DNA from: an uncultured delta proteobacterium
Lineage (GTDB): Bacteria > Desulfobacterota > RBG-13-43-22
NCBI GenBank assembly: GCA_963843145.1
Contig: CAWJJC010000027.1
Location: 192,001-256,000 of the forward strand
Length of the DNA: 64,000 bases
Direction: 5' to 3'
Position 1 is the first letter of the stretch. The number at the start of each line of letters is the position of its first letter. The position numbers and the translations under genes are program-made. The notes below the pieces were generated by a model. It was not told where the DNA came from and searched no databases. It saw only the letters and a list, made by a program, of their open reading frames with translations. Of this stretch, positions 61,793 through 64,000 are shown in pieces.

Positions 61793-61984
61793 GTGCCCCA
61801 GGAACTATTGAAAAATAAGATTAAATGGGCTATAACTTAATGTCTAAGTTCATAAGTCTTTAGAATAGGATCATAAATCCAGTGCAGTGGAGTTGTCCTT
61901 GGGGACATTCTTGAATTAGTTGACTTACCATGATTTATTTTTAGCCGCAGATTCACGCAGACTAAGGGAGAGGACCAGGGGATC

Positions 61985-62055
61985 TCACCGCAAAGAAGCT
62001 AAGGGCGCGAAGAAAGGCAAGAGACATTTCACCGCAGAGTCGCGGGGGGCAGAAA
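61985..62055 (+). repeat. Two solo CACCGCA(A/G)AG-family half repeats
   Basis: TCACCGCAAAGAAGCTAAGGGCGCGAAG (61985) and TCACCGCAGAGTCGCGGGGGGCAGA (62029). Confidence 0.7.
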
Positions 62056-62359
62056 TAGAAGAGGGAAGATAGAAGCAAGAGAAAACATGGCCGGCCTCCG
62101 GCGGTGGTCCCTCGGCGTAGAACAAACTTCCCATTCAGAGGGTCTTCCAGAATGCCTTTATCAGGAATTTATCATCCCCTGAGAAAAGCCTGGATTCCCG
62201 CTCAAAAGCGCTGCGGGAATGACGGTCTATGAATGGGAAAGGGATAACCCGCAGGGACTCCGCGGGAAGGCGTCACCGCCCTGCGAAACGCGGGGTTGTG
62301 TTGCACCTATCTGGCGGGATGCATTATTTCTGGGGAACCGGCGTCCGCTCCGCCCCGGA

Positions 62360-62640
62360 CCTCTGGTCCGGCCCCTTTTTCCTGACCAGCGCCACCAGCG
62401 CTTTCGTGGAGATAGCCGCCCGGATAGAGGGAACATCCAGCGGCGATTGCTGGTTCTTCTCTGGAGTCAAGGCAAAAGTTCTCCCATCCTTTCGGCGAAT
62501 AAGTACCTTACCGGTGGATTCCGCCCGGTCCAGGACACGGGCCAGTTTTTACCTGGCTTCCGAATAGGTTTTGGTTTCGCCGGCAATAGAGAGGGCTTTC
62601 TTCATATCGATTTTAACCAGCCTCAGGGGTATGGTTTCAA
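62360..62640 (-). pseudogene. Decayed TA module: PIN-toxin fragment joined to a Phd/YefM antitoxin with an in-frame stop
   Basis: Manual translation ETIPLRLVKIDMKKALSIAGETKTYSEAR*KLARVLDRAESTGKVLIRRKDGRTFALTPE...SPLDVPSI; TAA at 62549-62551. Confidence 0.6.
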
Positions 62641-62816
62641 CTATCTTTAGACCTTCCTGCAATTAAGGGGACACCTTACTTAATAAAAAAAATATACAGT
62701 GTCCCCCCTATGAAAGAATGACGTGAAATCGTTTGACTTTTTATTCAATTAAAGTCTATCCTCCCCTGTTAAAAAGAGAATCTCGAGAAAACCTTGATCA
62801 CCCTTAAGAGGATTTT

Positions 62817-63737
62817 TTGATGGCATCCGAAATCAAAATCGAAGACCTGGTTCCCATGAATGATACTCAAAAGGTTATCGAGGAAGTCCAAAAGATTGTC
62901 TTTATGATGTACCCAGGATTTGATTTTGATCCGGTGCACAAAGTGTTCAACGATGTCCTGAAGTTTTTTCGGGGTGATTATCCGGGCTATCGCCGGTGCA
63001 CTCTTCAGTTCCACGACCTGAAGCATACCATGGACTGTTTGATGGCCATGGCCAGGCTAATTCACGGCGCCTTCGTCGAGGAATTCATATTTCCGGAGCA
63101 AGATGTATTTCTGGGACTCGCAGCCGCCCTTATGCACGACACCGGATATATTCAAACCACCGACGACAAGTCTGGAACCGGTGCCCAGTACACCCTAACC
63201 CATGTTTCGCGCAGCATTGAATTCTGCAATAAATACTTCTCTGAAAATAAATTTTCGCTTTACGATTCCAGGGTTTGCCACAATTGCTTAAAATGTACCG
63301 GCCTGGATATGAAAACCAAGGACATTCTTTTTGATTCTCATGAACACGAAATGTTAGCCAAGATGGTGGGAACATCTGACTTGCTCGGACAAATGGCAGA
63401 TCGAACCTACCTCTCGAAGATCACATTCCTATTCAAGGAATTCAAAGAGGGCGGGGTCCCTGGCTTTAGAGATGAATTCGAACTACTCCAGAAAACTCCT
63501 GGTTTTTGGGAATTCACCCTTCACAGGTTTGCCACCGAGATGAGCGGTACGGATCATTTCATGCGCAACCATTTCAGAGTCCGCTGGGGTATTGACCGTG
63601 ACTTATATAAAGAGGCCATTGAAGGCAACATCAAGTACCTCAAATTTCATTTGGAACATCATCCGACCGATTACAGAAGATATCTGAGACGCGGTGGCTT
63701 GCTGAGAAAACTTGACGAATTTGAAAAGCAATCCTGA
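62817..63737 (+). CDS. HD-superfamily metal-dependent phosphohydrolase
   Basis: FHDLKHT, AALMHDTGY, HVSRS, GTSDLLGQMADR. Confidence 0.8.
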   Translation: MMASEIKIEDLVPMNDTQKVIEEVQKIVFMMYPGFDFDPVHKVFNDVLKFFRGDYPGYRRCTLQFHDLKHTMDCLMAMARLIHGAFVEEFIFPEQDVFLGLAAALMHDTGYIQTTDDKSGTGAQYTLTHVSRSIEFCNKYFSENKFSLYDSRVCHNCLKCTGLDMKTKDILFDSHEHEMLAKMVGTSDLLGQMADRTYLSKITFLFKEFKEGGVPGFRDEFELLQKTPGFWEFTLHRFATEMSGTDHFMRNHFRVRWGIDRDLYKEAIEGNIKYLKFHLEHHPTDYRRYLRRGGLLRKLDEFEKQS

Positions 63738-64000
63738 AGGGGAGGAATTTCAAGGTAGATCAAACTAGCAGTTGGCCTGCCTTTTTCAGCGTTTAGGTGG
63801 CTAAAAAAGGTCCTAAAAGCTGATCCCTGCCTCCCTGGCCTTCAAGCAGGCCCTGACGATTTTTTGCATCTCGGAAACGGCCCAGAAGGCCTCCTTGAGC
63901 AATTGTTTGAACCGAGTCGACAGAGGTAAGTTGGGGACATCTTGAATTAGTTGACTTATGAAAGAGAGAGGTTGGCTTCGGAGCCAACCTGTTTTCAAGG

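Larger units (their letters stand above)
61899..63958. repeat. ~28-bp direct repeat TTGGGGACAT(T)CTTGAATTAGTTGACTTA at 61899-61927 and 63931-63958
   Basis: Direct comparison shows one indel; a related GGGGACAC...GTGTCCCC inverted repeat lies at 62667-62706. Confidence 0.85.

Overview
Bacterial chromosomal window, probably from an anaerobic Desulfobacterota/deltaproteobacterium (inferred from gene content and repeat families). From left to right: (1) a minus-strand candidate RiPP/peptide-signal locus at 117-9549: STAND adenylate/guanylate cyclase, class I isoprenoid-synthase-fold (DDxxD) enzyme, radical SAM enzyme, 22-aa sORF, Nif11-like precursor with a Pro-rich Trp/Cys/Tyr core, radical SAM-SPASM maturase and S53 peptidase; (2) purine/MTA salvage genes (PNP, two MtaD-like deaminases), DUF362 plus polyferredoxin, prfB with its programmed +1 frameshift, lnt, a lytic transglycosylase, an ECF sigma/anti-sigma operon and an SDR; (3) a Liv-type ABC transporter and acyl-CoA ligase operon interrupted by an inverted-repeat-bracketed GxxExxY nuclease cassette and an empty copy of the same repeat pair; (4) three toxin-antitoxin pairs; (5) a MalT-like/BTAD regulator, a PilZ protein, a ~4,900-aa repetitive secreted protein, a HEXXH protein, a RAYT transposase, a second lnt, a membrane GAF-adenylate cyclase and PlsC; (6) a decayed zone with a truncated IS256, TA remnants and an HD hydrolase. 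Intergenic regions carry several REP/MITE-like repeat families. About 15 or more single-base indels split otherwise intact genes and are most likely long-read consensus errors. No rRNA, tRNA or CRISPR array was recognised. All calls come from motif recognition by eye; no database searches were run.
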